Counted from the first letter of the stretch, positions 19,231 through 29,804 are shown. The stretch is 64,000 nucleotides of DNA from Candidatus Latescibacterota bacterium (GCA_965248755.1 OZ252149.1:2880001-2944000), one strand, 5' to 3'. Translations and numbers: made by a program. Notes: generated from the letters alone by a model not told the origin.

Positions 19231-21558
19231 TTATCTTGTCATCCCGAAGTTATCCAGAAAGATCACAAAGTCGGACAGACCTACGTCTCCATCACCATCC
19301 AAATCAAATGTAGAATCCCAATCGGGTGAACCGGATGCCGCACCGAACGCATCCAGAAAAAGCACAAAGTCGGAAAGACCTACTTCATCGTCCCTGTCGA
19401 AATCTCCTACGAGATCAATTATGCCAGAGGGCCCAGAGATATTGAACAGCACTGATATGCTGTCTCTTCTCCTGTTGACCACAACCAGGTCGCTGTCACC
19501 ATCTCCGTCCAGATCCGTTATGAAAAGCCAACGCGGCCTATCACCGGCAAAGTAGTCCATCCTCACACCGAACGTTCCCTCTCCATCGTTCAATAATACC
19601 GATACAGTGTTGCTGATTACGTTAGCTACAGCTATGTCGTTGTCTCCGTCTCCGTCTAAATCCTCAATGAATACCGACATAGGTTGAATTCCAACGCTAT
19701 AGTCCTCCCTGGTGCCGAACCTCCCATCTCCATTGTTCAACAACACAGACACACTTCCGCTGAGCAGATTAGCTGTCGCCAAGTCATTGTCGCCATCCGC
19801 ATCTAGATCCGCACTGAAAACTGACCAAGGTCCCTCACTGGTATCGTAGTCTAATCCACCTTCGAATGTCCCATCTCCTTTGTTAAGCAACACTGATACG
19901 CTATCGTCGTACCAGTTCGCCGCAGCCAAGTCATAATGCCCATCCTGATTCAAATCCGCGCCGAACACCGATTGGGGACCATCTCCGGCGCCGTAGTCCA
20001 CTTTGGGAGCGAACGTGCCATCTCCATTGTTTAGCAAAACTGAGACGTTATTGCTAGCATAGTTGGCTACGGCCAAGTCGTTATGCCCATCACCGTTCAA
20101 ATCCACACCCAAAACTGACCAGGGTTCATGCCCAACATCGTAGTCGGACCTATTTGCGAACGTCCCATCTCCATTGTTTAGCAGAACTGAGACGTTATTA
20201 CTTGCCGAGTTGGCTACGGACAAGTCATTGTAACCATCTTCGTTTAGGTCCGCACCATAAACTGCACGTGGACTATTCCCCACTTCATAGTCTGTCCTGG
20301 GCGCATATGTGCCATCTCCATTGTTTAATAACACCGACATGGTATTACTCTCGAAATTACCAACGGCTAAGTCCTTATGGCCATCTCCATCTAAATCCGC
20401 ACTGAATACTGAACGAGGTCCACTGCCAACCGGATATACCGCCCTGGCTGCGAATGTGCCGTTTCCGTTGTTCATTAATACAGACGCAGTATTGCCGTAG
20501 AAATCGGCCACAGCCAAGTCATTATCTCCGTCTCCATCGAAATCTGTACTGAAGACTGATGAAGAACTACGTCCGGCGACATAGTCTACGTTGGCTGCAA
20601 ATGTTCCGTCTCCGTTATTCGACAGCAGTGACACCTTGTTGTTGGAAAGACTTGCCACAGCCAGGTCATTGTCTCCATCACTATCTAAATCCGCACTGAA
20701 TAGTGCCCAGGGACGGTTCCCGACTTCGTAGTCCACCTTAGATGCAAATGTACCTTCTCCATTGTTCAACAACACTGATACGTTCCTGCTGTTCAGGTTA
20801 GCCACAGCTAAATCGTTATCTCCATCTCTATCGAAATCCACACTGAATACTGAATTGGGAGCATCCCCAGCAGCATAGTCCACCCTAGGTGCAAACGTGC
20901 CATCTCCATTATTCAAGAACACTGACACAGTATTGGCAAACCTATTGGCCACAGCTAAATCGTTATATCCATCGTCATCTAAATCTGTGCAGAAGACCGA
21001 TGCAGGAGCGTCCCCAGCAGGATAGTCTACTTTATTCGCAAATGTCCCGTCTCCATTATTGGACAACACCGATATATTATCGCTGAGCCAGTTAGCCACA
21101 ACCAGATCATAGTCTCCATCGTCATCCAGATCTGCGCTGAAGAGCGAGACGGGCCTATCGCCAACAAGATAGTCTACCTTGGCTCCGAATGTTCCATCAC
21201 CGCTATTCAATAAGACCGACACATTGTTAGTGTCAGAATTGGCCACAGCCAGATCATAGTCTCCATCATCATCCAGATCTGCGCTGAAGAGCGAGGCCGG
21301 CGTACCACCAGCAAGATAGTCTACCTTGGCTGTAAATGTTCCGTCTCCGTTGTTGAACAGGACAGACACATTGTCGTTGTTGAGATTGGCCACAGCCAGG
21401 TCATTATCTCCATCGCTATCAAGATCTGCGCTGAAGATCGATACCGGACGATTGCCAACGGGGTAGTCAGTCCGGATTCCGAAAATAGCCTGTGCAGAGG
21501 CAGGCGCATTCAAAGCGAGCGATAGCACCAGAGTAGCATATGGGATGGTTCGACTCAT
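19231..21558 (-). CDS. Secreted FG-GAP/VCBS-repeat protein with C-terminal dockerin-like module
   Basis: Signal peptide; many ADLDxDGDxDLAVAN...VSVLLNNGDGTF repeats; C-terminal GDFDRDDEVGLSDF...DLDGDGDVGLSDF duplicate. Confidence 0.88.
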   Translation of the reverse strand: MSRTIPYATLVLSLALNAPASAQAIFGIRTDYPVGNRPVSIFSADLDSDGDNDLAVANLNNDNVSVLFNNGDGTFTAKVDYLAGGTPASLFSADLDDDGDYDLAVANSDTNNVSVLLNSGDGTFGAKVDYLVGDRPVSLFSADLDDDGDYDLVVANWLSDNISVLSNNGDGTFANKVDYPAGDAPASVFCTDLDDDGYNDLAVANRFANTVSVFLNNGDGTFAPRVDYAAGDAPNSVFSVDFDRDGDNDLAVANLNSRNVSVLLNNGEGTFASKVDYEVGNRPWALFSADLDSDGDNDLAVASLSNNKVSLLSNNGDGTFAANVDYVAGRSSSSVFSTDFDGDGDNDLAVADFYGNTASVLMNNGNGTFAARAVYPVGSGPRSVFSADLDGDGHKDLAVGNFESNTMSVLLNNGDGTYAPRTDYEVGNSPRAVYGADLNEDGYNDLSVANSASNNVSVLLNNGDGTFANRSDYDVGHEPWSVLGVDLNGDGHNDLAVANYASNNVSVLLNNGDGTFAPKVDYGAGDGPQSVFGADLNQDGHYDLAAANWYDDSVSVLLNKGDGTFEGGLDYDTSEGPWSVFSADLDADGDNDLATANLLSGSVSVLLNNGDGRFGTREDYSVGIQPMSVFIEDLDGDGDNDIAVANVISNTVSVLLNDGEGTFGVRMDYFAGDRPRWLFITDLDGDGDSDLVVVNRRRDSISVLFNISGPSGIIDLVGDFDRDDEVGLSDFVLFLDAFGAASGSPDWDSTFDLDGDGDVGLSDFVIFLDNFGMTR

Positions 21559-21642
21559 TTTGATGATCTACTTGTTGGGTATAGTGCTCACCATTGTGTG
21601 GAACTCCAGGCCTTGGTCCTTGGTAATCCATATTTCTTGGAT

Positions 21643-22635
21643 TTATCCAGCCCTGCCGAAGTTATCCAGGAAGATCACAAAGTCGGACAGACCGACATCC
21701 CCATCATCGTCCAAGTCAAATGCAGGATCCCAATCGGATGAACTGGTTGTTGCCCCAAACACATCCAGAAAAAGGACAAAGTCGGAAAGACCTACTTCAT
21801 TGTCCCCGTCGAAGTCTCCGACAAGTGTAGCGAGCTCAGAGGTGAGAAAAGGAGACCAGGAAGGCGACCAGTCATCGTATTCTTGCCCGTCTAAGTGTTT
21901 GGTCAGATTGACCTGGTTTGACCCATCAGCATCCATCATGTAGATTTCATGGTTGAAATCGCGGGTTGTTTCAAAGGCAATCTTCGTCCCATCAGGCGAC
22001 CAAGAAGCGTAAGAATCGTGGTTCCTCGTCAGGGCTGGGCTATTGGTCAGGTTGACAGGATTTGACCCGTCTGCGTTCATCACGTAGATATCACTTTCGC
22101 CACCAGTTCCATATCCTCCATCGCGGTCTGAAATAAAGGCGATCTTGGTCCCGTCAGGCGACCAAGAAGTCTGTAGGTCCCTTTCCAGGTTATTGGTCAG
22201 ATTGACCTGGTTTGACCCGTCTGCGTCCATCACGTAGATTTCATAGTTGCCATCGCGGTCTGATTCAAAGGCAATCTTCGTCCCGTCAGGCGACCAAGCA
22301 GGAGTGTTTTCAAGCCATAGGCTATTGGTCAGGTTGACAGGATTTGACCCATCAGAATTCATCAGGTAGATTTCTAGGTCGCCATCGCGGTATGATGCAA
22401 AGGCAATCTTCGTCCCATCAGGCGACCAAGAAGGAGTGGAGTTAAACGCAGGGTTGTTGGTCAGATTAATTTGGTTTGACCCGTCTGCGTCCATCACGTA
22501 GATATCCCTATGGAACCTATTGCCATCGCGGGTTGAACTAAAGGCGATCTTGGTGTTGGAAAGATCCTGTGCGTAGACAGGCGCATTCAAAGTGACCAAC
22601 AGTGCCACAACAGGATAAAGGGTTATCTGTTTCAT
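21643..22635 (-). CDS. Secreted TolB-like (PD40) beta-propeller protein with C-terminal dockerin-like module
   Basis: Signal peptide; repeated WSPDGTKIAF...EIYVMDADGSN; same C-terminal module as the adjacent gene. Confidence 0.88.
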   Translation of the reverse strand: MKQITLYPVVALLVTLNAPVYAQDLSNTKIAFSSTRDGNRFHRDIYVMDADGSNQINLTNNPAFNSTPSWSPDGTKIAFASYRDGDLEIYLMNSDGSNPVNLTNSLWLENTPAWSPDGTKIAFESDRDGNYEIYVMDADGSNQVNLTNNLERDLQTSWSPDGTKIAFISDRDGGYGTGGESDIYVMNADGSNPVNLTNSPALTRNHDSYASWSPDGTKIAFETTRDFNHEIYMMDADGSNQVNLTKHLDGQEYDDWSPSWSPFLTSELATLVGDFDGDNEVGLSDFVLFLDVFGATTSSSDWDPAFDLDDDGDVGLSDFVIFLDNFGRAG

Positions 22636-22685
22636 TTTAGTTCTCCCTCCTTTAAGGTGGATTCTTCACATGCTTGTTTACCGCC

Positions 22686-22875
22686 TCAGAACTGATCCCG
22701 GTTCTCCGTCAGTACATCCTCGTATATCTCGAACGTCCTGTCGAGATCTTCATCCGTATCAGCCAGCGATAGATATGCCTTGGCTACGGGAGTGACAAAG
22801 AGACCTCTCTTTAAGAGTCCCATTCCGAATCGCCGGCCTTTATCGGCGGCCGCGCTCAGGTAAGACTCCCGATGT
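22686..22875 (-). pseudogene. C-terminal fragment of a class-III aminotransferase (HemL-like)
   Basis: Minus-strand translation FGMGLLKRGLFVTPVAKAYLSLADTDEDLDRTFEIYEDVL...*, no start or N-terminal part. Confidence 0.55.
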
Positions 22876-22900
22876 ACTTAGTCTCTCCCGTATTTGACGG

Positions 22901-23577
22901 TCAGGCATCACTTTTGTAGAAACTCTCTATGGACTCGACAGCCTCCTGGGGAGTCTCGACTATCTGGAATATATCCATATCCTCAGGAGAAATATACTTC
23001 TCCGTCAAAAGGACTTTCTTCATCCAATCTACAAGACCGTTCCAGTATTCTCCTCCCATGAGGATTACGGGAAAGTTGTGTATCCTTTCAGTCTGAATCA
23101 AGGTTATAGCCTCGAAGAATTCATCCAGTGTTCCTACACCGCCCGGAAATATGACGAATGCCGAGGCGTACTTCACGAACATGGTCTTGCGGGAGAAGAA
23201 GTATCTGAACGACAAGAGGGTCTCGATGTAGGGATTAGGCTTCTGCTCTGAGGGAAGTTCTATGTTCAATCCGATGGACTTTCCCTTTGTCCCTAATGCT
23301 CCTTTGTTGGCCGCCTCCATAATCCCCGGTCCACCACCCGTTATCACGGCGTATCCGGCCTGAGCAAGGAGCTGTGCGGTTTCCTCTGCTTTTTTGTAGA
23401 ACTTGCTGTCTTCTGGAGTCCTGGCAGATCCGAAGATTGTGACTGCGGGTCCTATCTTTGAGAGATCCTCAAATCCTCCACAAACTCCGCCATTATCCTG
23501 AAGATCCGCCACGTATCGTCTTGGGTGAAGCTGGAACTCGTGTCTCTATCCAGGGTCGTATAATCATCTGATCTCAT
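22901..23577 (-). pseudogene. LOG family (TIGR00730-type) protein with one frameshift near 23475 (real lesion or assembly error)
   Basis: MRSDD...DTWRIFRIMAEFVE in one frame and GFEDLSKIGPAVTIFGSAR...PGGVGTLDE in another; adding one G restores EFVEGFE. Confidence 0.8.
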
Positions 23578-23616
23578 CTTATCTCCTTGTGAATATGTGG
23601 GAGCTACGCTGTAGAT

Positions 23617-26301
23617 TCAATGCGCCTCCAACCAGCTGTCTCCGACTCCCACTTCCACCTTTATCGGCACAGAAAGTTCATATGCCCCTTCCATCTCCTC
23701 TACAATTAAGCGCTTTGCCTCCTCCACCTCATCTTTGGGGGTCTCAAAGACGAGTTCGTCGTGAACCTGAAGTATCATCTTAGTTCTCAGGTTCTCCTCT
23801 TTTATCCTTCTGTGGATGTTGATCATCGCGATCTTTATGATGTCTGCGGCTGTTCCCTGAATAGGCGTGTTGATAGCTGTCCTTTCGGAAACATCTCGAA
23901 TCCTTGCATTGGAACTCTTGATTTCAGGAAGATACCTCCTCCTGCCCAGAAGCGTGGTCACATATCCCTTTTCTTTGGCATCCTGAATCGTCTGATCGAA
24001 GTATCTTCTGACTCCCGGATAGACGGCAAAGTAACTGTCTATAAAATCCTGCGCCTCCTTTTGGCCTATTCCCAACTGTCTGGACAGCCCGAAGGCAGTC
24101 TGTCCGTAAATTGTGGCGAAGTTGACGGTCTTTGCCTGCGCCCTCATCTCGGGGGTCACCAACTCCGGGAATACGTTGAACATAAGAGAAGCTGTCTTCT
24201 GATGAACGTCTTCATCTCTATTGAAGGCCTCTATGAGGGCGTCGTCCCCTGAAAAGTGCGCCATGACCCTGAGCTCGATCTGAGAATAATCTGCCGACAT
24301 CAAGACCCACGATCTGTCCTCCGTAATGAAGGCCTGTCGAATACGTTTTCCTATATCCGTGCGTATGGGTATGTTCTGGAGATTGGGGTCTGAGCTTGAG
24401 AGCCTGCCCGTGGCAGCAACGGTCTGGTTGAAAGACGTGTGTGTCCTTCTGGTCTCTATATTGACCAATTTGGGCAGGGCGTCAACGTAGGTGGATTTCA
24501 ATTTGGATAGCTGTCTGTAATCCAGAAGCAATTTGGGCAGTCTGTGTTCCTCTGCAAGTTCTTCCAAAACATCCACATCGGTCGAATAGCCAGTTTTCGT
24601 CTTCTTACCCGGGGGCAGTTCAAGCTTCTCAAAGAGGATAGAGGAAAGCTGTTGAGTCGAATTGATATTGAACTTTTCGTCCGCTTCCTCGTATATCCTC
24701 TCCTCCAAGTTTTCAAGACCCATCTTCAGCTCCTCGGACATCTCCTTTAGGAAGTCTATATCCACCGAGATACCCGCCATCTCCATATCCACCAGGACAT
24801 CCACCAGGGGCATCTCTATCTTAGAAAAGAGTTCTTCGAGGCCCTTTTCCCTTAGCTCATTGGACAGAACGCTCTTCAGTCTTAACGTTATATCAGCATC
24901 CTCTGATGAGTAGTCGCGGGCTGTATCTACAGGCACCTTGGCAAAGCTTATCTGCTTTTTCCCTGTCCCTATCAGATCGGAAATCGGCGTCATCTTATAG
25001 CCGAGATACCGCATGCTCAACGAATCTAAGCTGTGCTGGTGGGATGAAGGGTCTATAAGATAAGCGGCTATCATAGTATCGAAAGTGAAGCCCACAGCAT
25101 CTATGCCGTATCTTTTCAGGATGGTGATATCGTATTTTACGTTCTGGCCCAACTTTTCGATATTGGGATCTTCCAGGATCGGCTTTATCTTTTCTAATGT
25201 TAGTTCTATGTCTGCGTTGCCGCCCTCTTCGTGCCCTAAAGGTATATAGAATCCCTCTTTCTGCTTCAGTGACACGGATATTCCCACTATCTCAGCCTGC
25301 ATCGCATCCACGCCAGTGGTCTCTAAGTCTACGCAAAATACCCCTTCTTTTTCTATCTTCTTCAGCAGACGCTTAAGTCCGTTCTCATCCACCGTCCTGT
25401 AGTCGGCATGTTCTACTCTTTTTCCCTCGGCTATCTCGACCAGAAACCTGTTAAACTCAAGCTCTTTGAACACCTCTCTCAGCGCCTCAAAATTGAACTG
25501 GTTGCGCTTCAGATCCTCTATTTGACACTCTACGGGAACATCCGTTTTTATCGTCACGAGCTCTTTGGCTCTGATCGCATCGTCTCTTTGCTGGTTTATG
25601 TTTTCTCTAACTTTCCTTTTACTTATGGCGTCGGCGTTTTTTAAAACCTCTTCAAGGCTCCCATATTCTACGATCAATTCTAATGCCGTCTTGGGGCCTA
25701 TTCCCGAGATTCCGGGGACGTTGTCCGACGAATCGCCCATCAGACTTAGGATATCTACCACCCTATCGGGTCCTACGCCTATCTTTTCTAAGACAGCCTG
25801 TTTATCTATCAGTTCGGGATCTTTGCCTCCTCTTGGCAGATTCATAATCTTAACGTTATCGGAGACCAACTGCATAAAATCCTTGTCCCCCGTTACCAGA
25901 ATAACCCCTATATCCTCCTTTTGTGCCCTTTTGGCCAGGGTTCCCATAATGTCGTCCGCTTCGAATCCCTCAAGCTCTAAGACGGTTATCCTCATTCCCT
26001 CCAATATCTGATATATCCTCGGCAGTGAGGCGCTCATCTCGTCCGGCATCTTCTGGCGGGTTGCCTTGTATTCTTTATACATCTTATGCCTGAAGGTAGG
26101 AGAGGGAGTGTCAAACACGACAGCTATATAATCTGGATCTTCATCCTTCAAAAGCTTGATCATAGTTGATGTAAAACCGAAGGGGGCAGATGTATCTTCC
26201 CCCTTGGAAGTTGTCAGAGGTTCCCTGGCGGAAATACCATAGTACGATCTATACGCCAGTGCCGAGCCATCTATTAGAAAGAGCCGTCTCCTTTTGTCCA
26301 T
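23617..26301 (-). CDS. polA: DNA polymerase I
   Basis: 5'-3' exonuclease (LIDGS, EADD, GDKD, GDSSDN), DLETT proofreading domain, DYSQIELR, QVHDEL. Confidence 0.98.
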   Translation of the reverse strand: MDKRRRLFLIDGSALAYRSYYGISAREPLTTSKGEDTSAPFGFTSTMIKLLKDEDPDYIAVVFDTPSPTFRHKMYKEYKATRQKMPDEMSASLPRIYQILEGMRITVLELEGFEADDIMGTLAKRAQKEDIGVILVTGDKDFMQLVSDNVKIMNLPRGGKDPELIDKQAVLEKIGVGPDRVVDILSLMGDSSDNVPGISGIGPKTALELIVEYGSLEEVLKNADAISKRKVRENINQQRDDAIRAKELVTIKTDVPVECQIEDLKRNQFNFEALREVFKELEFNRFLVEIAEGKRVEHADYRTVDENGLKRLLKKIEKEGVFCVDLETTGVDAMQAEIVGISVSLKQKEGFYIPLGHEEGGNADIELTLEKIKPILEDPNIEKLGQNVKYDITILKRYGIDAVGFTFDTMIAAYLIDPSSHQHSLDSLSMRYLGYKMTPISDLIGTGKKQISFAKVPVDTARDYSSEDADITLRLKSVLSNELREKGLEELFSKIEMPLVDVLVDMEMAGISVDIDFLKEMSEELKMGLENLEERIYEEADEKFNINSTQQLSSILFEKLELPPGKKTKTGYSTDVDVLEELAEEHRLPKLLLDYRQLSKLKSTYVDALPKLVNIETRRTHTSFNQTVAATGRLSSSDPNLQNIPIRTDIGKRIRQAFITEDRSWVLMSADYSQIELRVMAHFSGDDALIEAFNRDEDVHQKTASLMFNVFPELVTPEMRAQAKTVNFATIYGQTAFGLSRQLGIGQKEAQDFIDSYFAVYPGVRRYFDQTIQDAKEKGYVTTLLGRRRYLPEIKSSNARIRDVSERTAINTPIQGTAADIIKIAMINIHRRIKEENLRTKMILQVHDELVFETPKDEVEEAKRLIVEEMEGAYELSVPIKVEVGVGDSWLEAH

Positions 26302-26334
26302 GATCTGAACATCCTTTTTAAGGAAAAGATTTCC

Positions 26335-26363
26335 TTGATAATTTATGAGTAATTCGGTATTAT
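26335..26363 (+). promoter_or_regulatory. Putative sigma70 promoter of selC
   Basis: TTGATA-17 bp-TATTAT, ending 18 bp upstream of the tRNA. Confidence 0.55.
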
Positions 26364-26381
26364 CTTATACGACATGAAGGT

Positions 26382-26479
26382 GGGAATGGATGAGTCACTG
26401 GTGGGCTTCGCGGACTTCAAATCCGTTGCGGCGTACTAACACTGCGCTGGGTGGGTTCGATTCCCACACATTCCCGCCA
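26382..26479 (+). tRNA. selC: tRNA-Sec (anticodon TCA)
   Basis: Anticodon arm GCGGA-CTTCAAA-TCCGT, long variable arm, T arm GTGGG-TTCGATT-CCCAC, acceptor GGGAATG/CATTCCC, G discriminator and encoded CCA; 98 nt. Confidence 0.95.
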
Positions 26480-26577
26480 AAGACAGTAGACAGGGGGCAC
26501 CGGCTCTCCTCCCCATTCAACATCAATGTCGCCACAGTGACCGAAGGGACACTGATCACCTGATTGGTTATTCTCTC

Positions 26578-27393
26578 TTAGAAACTGAGTGTGAAGTTCA
26601 CTCCGACATTTCCTGGAGTCAGCGTTGGAAACCAGGTGAGGTGCCGCTTGGGGGACACCGACTCTGTTTTCCGAACAACACTGCAGCCGACAATGTAACC
26701 GAGCCCCGCACCGGCTACCACATCGCTTAAGAAATGAGCATTCTTTGCAAGTCGGGAAAAGCCTACAAACGCTGCCGTGGCATAGGCGGGGATAGCTGCT
26801 TTGCGCCCGTAGTAATGGCTCACCACCGCCGCCCACATAAAGGAGTTGGAAGCGTGTCCGGAGGGGAAAGAAAGATTGTCGTTGCCATTGGGCCTTCGGC
26901 GGCCAGTGCCAAGTTTGATGCCCCCCGTCAAAGCGCTGTTGAGCACATAGCCTTGTGCCAGTGAAAAAGACATAGAGCGGAAGCGACCGTGCTCATAAAA
27001 GTTACTGACTAACAGGAGGCTGCCGAAAGTCGTACTTAAAAGAACGCGCTTGCCTAAGATTCTTCCCACTTCGCCTACACTCTCAAGTCGCTCGGTGCCA
27101 TCGAGTCGCTCTTGAACGTCGTCATCAAACATGGAGGCGACGCCAGCGCCGCTCGAACTGACCAATAGCGGGGTTAAATTCTTGAGTGAGAACAAATCGC
27201 GAAAGCTCTTGAGCACTTCATAAGGGTAATCTTTCAAATTGGGCCCTGACACCGATTGCCCGGTTTGAGAAGAGGACTGCTTCGGTGCCTTCTGATCTGG
27301 GAGTTTGAGTTTCAACGTATCGGCCCAGGCATAAGGACTGCTCCAGCTTAAGGCGATTGCCAGAAAGATGGGGCTTAAGAGTCTCCTGCACAT
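26578..27393 (-). CDS. PAP2 family phosphatase
   Basis: KLGTGRRRP, SFPSGH, SRLAKNAHFLSDV motifs; signal-like N-terminus (start uncertain, 27393 or 27465). Confidence 0.88.
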   Translation of the reverse strand: MCRRLLSPIFLAIALSWSSPYAWADTLKLKLPDQKAPKQSSSQTGQSVSGPNLKDYPYEVLKSFRDLFSLKNLTPLLVSSSGAGVASMFDDDVQERLDGTERLESVGEVGRILGKRVLLSTTFGSLLLVSNFYEHGRFRSMSFSLAQGYVLNSALTGGIKLGTGRRRPNGNDNLSFPSGHASNSFMWAAVVSHYYGRKAAIPAYATAAFVGFSRLAKNAHFLSDVVAGAGLGYIVGCSVVRKTESVSPKRHLTWFPTLTPGNVGVNFTLSF

Positions 27394-27609
27394 AAGCTTC
27401 TGTTTCCTTACAAGCTTCTGTCTACTTATTATTTTGTTACATAAGCGAGAATCCAAAAATGTCATAATCTAATATACAAATAACTGCCCTTTATTGCAAA
27501 GATTTTGTGTTCGTATTAAGATCGTGCAAAAAGTGGTTGTTATACTCCAAGTTAATTGTTATCTTAACTACTATATCTATAATAAGATAAGTAAAAGGGA
27601 CAACTGCCT

Positions 27610-28383
27610 ATGGAGGGTCTTGAGCTTTTCAGGATCGGTTTTCTGCCTATACGGGTAATAGACATAGTGGACATATTGGCTATAGCCTACGTCTGCTATT
27701 ACATTTTTGCGCTTTTGCGAGGTACAAGAGCGGCCCAGATGATAGTAGGTCTGATCGTTTTGCTTATTGCTTCGTTTGTGACTGACAGCGTGAACATGAG
27801 CGGGCTCTCGTGGCTCTTGTCGCATCTCCGGACGGCCTGGGTGTTCGCTATCATAATCTTGTTTCAACCTGAGTTACGCCGGATGCTGATCCGTCTGGGA
27901 CAGAGCAGGGCGATGAGGCTATTCTACAGAGTGCAGGAGAGTCGTGTTGTGGATGAGGTAGTAAATGCCTCAAGGGTATTGTCGGAGCGGGAATACGGGG
28001 CTCTTATTGTCATAGTCAGGGACGTAGGCATAGCCGCCATTATTGAGACAGGCGTGCCGATTCAGGCAGAACTGTCGGCTGACCTTTTGACCACCATATT
28101 CACGCCGAGGTCGCCCCTCCACGACATGGCGACTGTGATACAGGGGAATCTCATTGTGGCCGCAAAATGTGAGCTTCCCCTTTCTCAAAGTGCGATTATA
28201 GATAGATCGATGGGAACCCGGCACAGAGCGGCGTTGGGACTCTCAGAGGAATCAGATGCTACTGTTATCATAGTATCTGAGGAGACGAGCCAGATATCCA
28301 TAGCAGTGGATGGCAAATTCATAAGGAATCTGAGGCCGGATCAACTGAAGACTGAGTTGATAAGGCTCGTGGGCAGAAGATAG
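27610..28383 (+). CDS. cdaA: Diadenylate cyclase CdaA/DacA
   Basis: Three N-terminal TM helices, FQPELRR, GALIV, PLHD, GTRHRAA, VSEET. Confidence 0.92.
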   Translation: MEGLELFRIGFLPIRVIDIVDILAIAYVCYYIFALLRGTRAAQMIVGLIVLLIASFVTDSVNMSGLSWLLSHLRTAWVFAIIILFQPELRRMLIRLGQSRAMRLFYRVQESRVVDEVVNASRVLSEREYGALIVIVRDVGIAAIIETGVPIQAELSADLLTTIFTPRSPLHDMATVIQGNLIVAAKCELPLSQSAIIDRSMGTRHRAALGLSEESDATVIIVSEETSQISIAVDGKFIRNLRPDQLKTELIRLVGRR

Positions 28384-28409
28384 AGGGACTGATTCTGGAA
28401 AATTTTGCA

Positions 28410-29804
28410 ATGACTGACATCTCAGAGAGACAGAATAGTACAGGTTTACAGGCTCCCAGGGTGCTTGTGGTCGGGCCGGAATCGGAACATACAAAAGACC
28501 TGATCGTCTTCCTAAAGGGAGAAGGATTGGAGATCTTATGGGGAAAAGACGGCGAGATGGGGTATAATGTACTGGACTCCACGCATATTGATGTTATTGT
28601 AACTGAGCTGAAGGTGCACAGGATAGATGGGATGAACCTGCTGTCAATAGCCAGAAAGAGGAACCCTGAGATATGTGTGATTGTGATAGCTGATGAGGCA
28701 AACATAGAGCTTGCCACCGAGGCGATGCGTCAGGGCGCTTACGATTTTCAGTCTAAGCCTCTAAATTTAGAAAAATTGAAGGTGGTGATAGATAGAGCCA
28801 TATCGCACCAGCGTCTCGTACTGGAGGTGACAGATTTGTATGAGAAGCTGGATAATCGCCTCAGCTTCAGGAACATAGTCGGAAGATCGAAGGCTATGGG
28901 CGAAGTATATGAGAAGATAAGGCAGGTTGCCCCTTCTCGTGCGACCGTGCTTTTGTGCGGCCAGACAGGGACAGGAAAGGAACTCGTGGCCCAGGCGATC
29001 CATCACAACAGCCCACGGAAAGACAGTCCGTTTGTGAAGTTAAGCTGCTCGGCGCTATCTGAAGGTGTGATCGAAAGCGAACTCTTCGGGCACGAAAAGG
29101 GAGCCTTCACAGGGGCTGTTTCACCCAGGAAGGGCAGGTTCGAGATAGCCGACGGCGGGACACTCTTCTTAGATGAAGTCGGAGAGATAACCCCTTCAAC
29201 TCAGGTTAAGCTCTTGAGGGTCCTTCAAGAGGGCGAGTTCGAAAGGGTGGGAGGAGACATCACACGGAAGGTAAACGTCAGATTGATAGCGGCTACAAAC
29301 AGGGACCTGGAGGAGATGATCCGAAGGGGAGAATACAGAAGAGATCTCTACTATCGTCTGAACGTGGTGACGGTGCATCTCCCGCGGCTCAGGGACAGGA
29401 GGGACGATATTCCGCTTCTGGTGGACGTATTCATAAAGGATTTCAGCGGGGAAAACGGCAAGGATATAACGGGAATTACCAGAGGGGCTATGGATATTCT
29501 GATGCAATATGACTGGCCGGGAAATGTAAGGGAGTTGAAGAACTGCATAGAGGGAATGGTGGTCCTGTCAAAAGAGAAGAGTCGTCTGGAGGTCACAGAT
29601 CTTCCTGAGCACTCAAGGCGTTCGGGGGCGGCATCTGATGAGGATATTCGTCTGAAGGTCGGAATGACCATGAGGGATATAGAAAAAGAGGCAATTAAGG
29701 AGACTCTGAAGCACGTGGGGTATAACAAGCCTAAGGCAGCGGAGCTTTTAGGGATCGGTTTAAGGACGCTCTACAGAAAGCAGAAGGAGTACGGAATAGA
29801 TTGA
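28410..29804 (+). CDS. Sigma54-dependent (NtrC/AtoC-type) response regulator
   Basis: REC-like N-terminus (phosphoacceptor position appears to be E in VIVTELK), GTGKE, ELFGHEKGAFTGA, FLDEV, WPGNVREL, Fis-type HTH. Confidence 0.92.
   Translation: MTDISERQNSTGLQAPRVLVVGPESEHTKDLIVFLKGEGLEILWGKDGEMGYNVLDSTHIDVIVTELKVHRIDGMNLLSIARKRNPEICVIVIADEANIELATEAMRQGAYDFQSKPLNLEKLKVVIDRAISHQRLVLEVTDLYEKLDNRLSFRNIVGRSKAMGEVYEKIRQVAPSRATVLLCGQTGTGKELVAQAIHHNSPRKDSPFVKLSCSALSEGVIESELFGHEKGAFTGAVSPRKGRFEIADGGTLFLDEVGEITPSTQVKLLRVLQEGEFERVGGDITRKVNVRLIAATNRDLEEMIRRGEYRRDLYYRLNVVTVHLPRLRDRRDDIPLLVDVFIKDFSGENGKDITGITRGAMDILMQYDWPGNVRELKNCIEGMVVLSKEKSRLEVTDLPEHSRRSGAASDEDIRLKVGMTMRDIEKEAIKETLKHVGYNKPKAAELLGIGLRTLYRKQKEYGID

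Noticed and set aside
19231..22635. Regular DNA repeats as a CRISPR array or DGR template
   Set aside because: They are degenerate protein-coding FG-GAP and PD40 repeats; no cas or reverse transcriptase gene is in the window.
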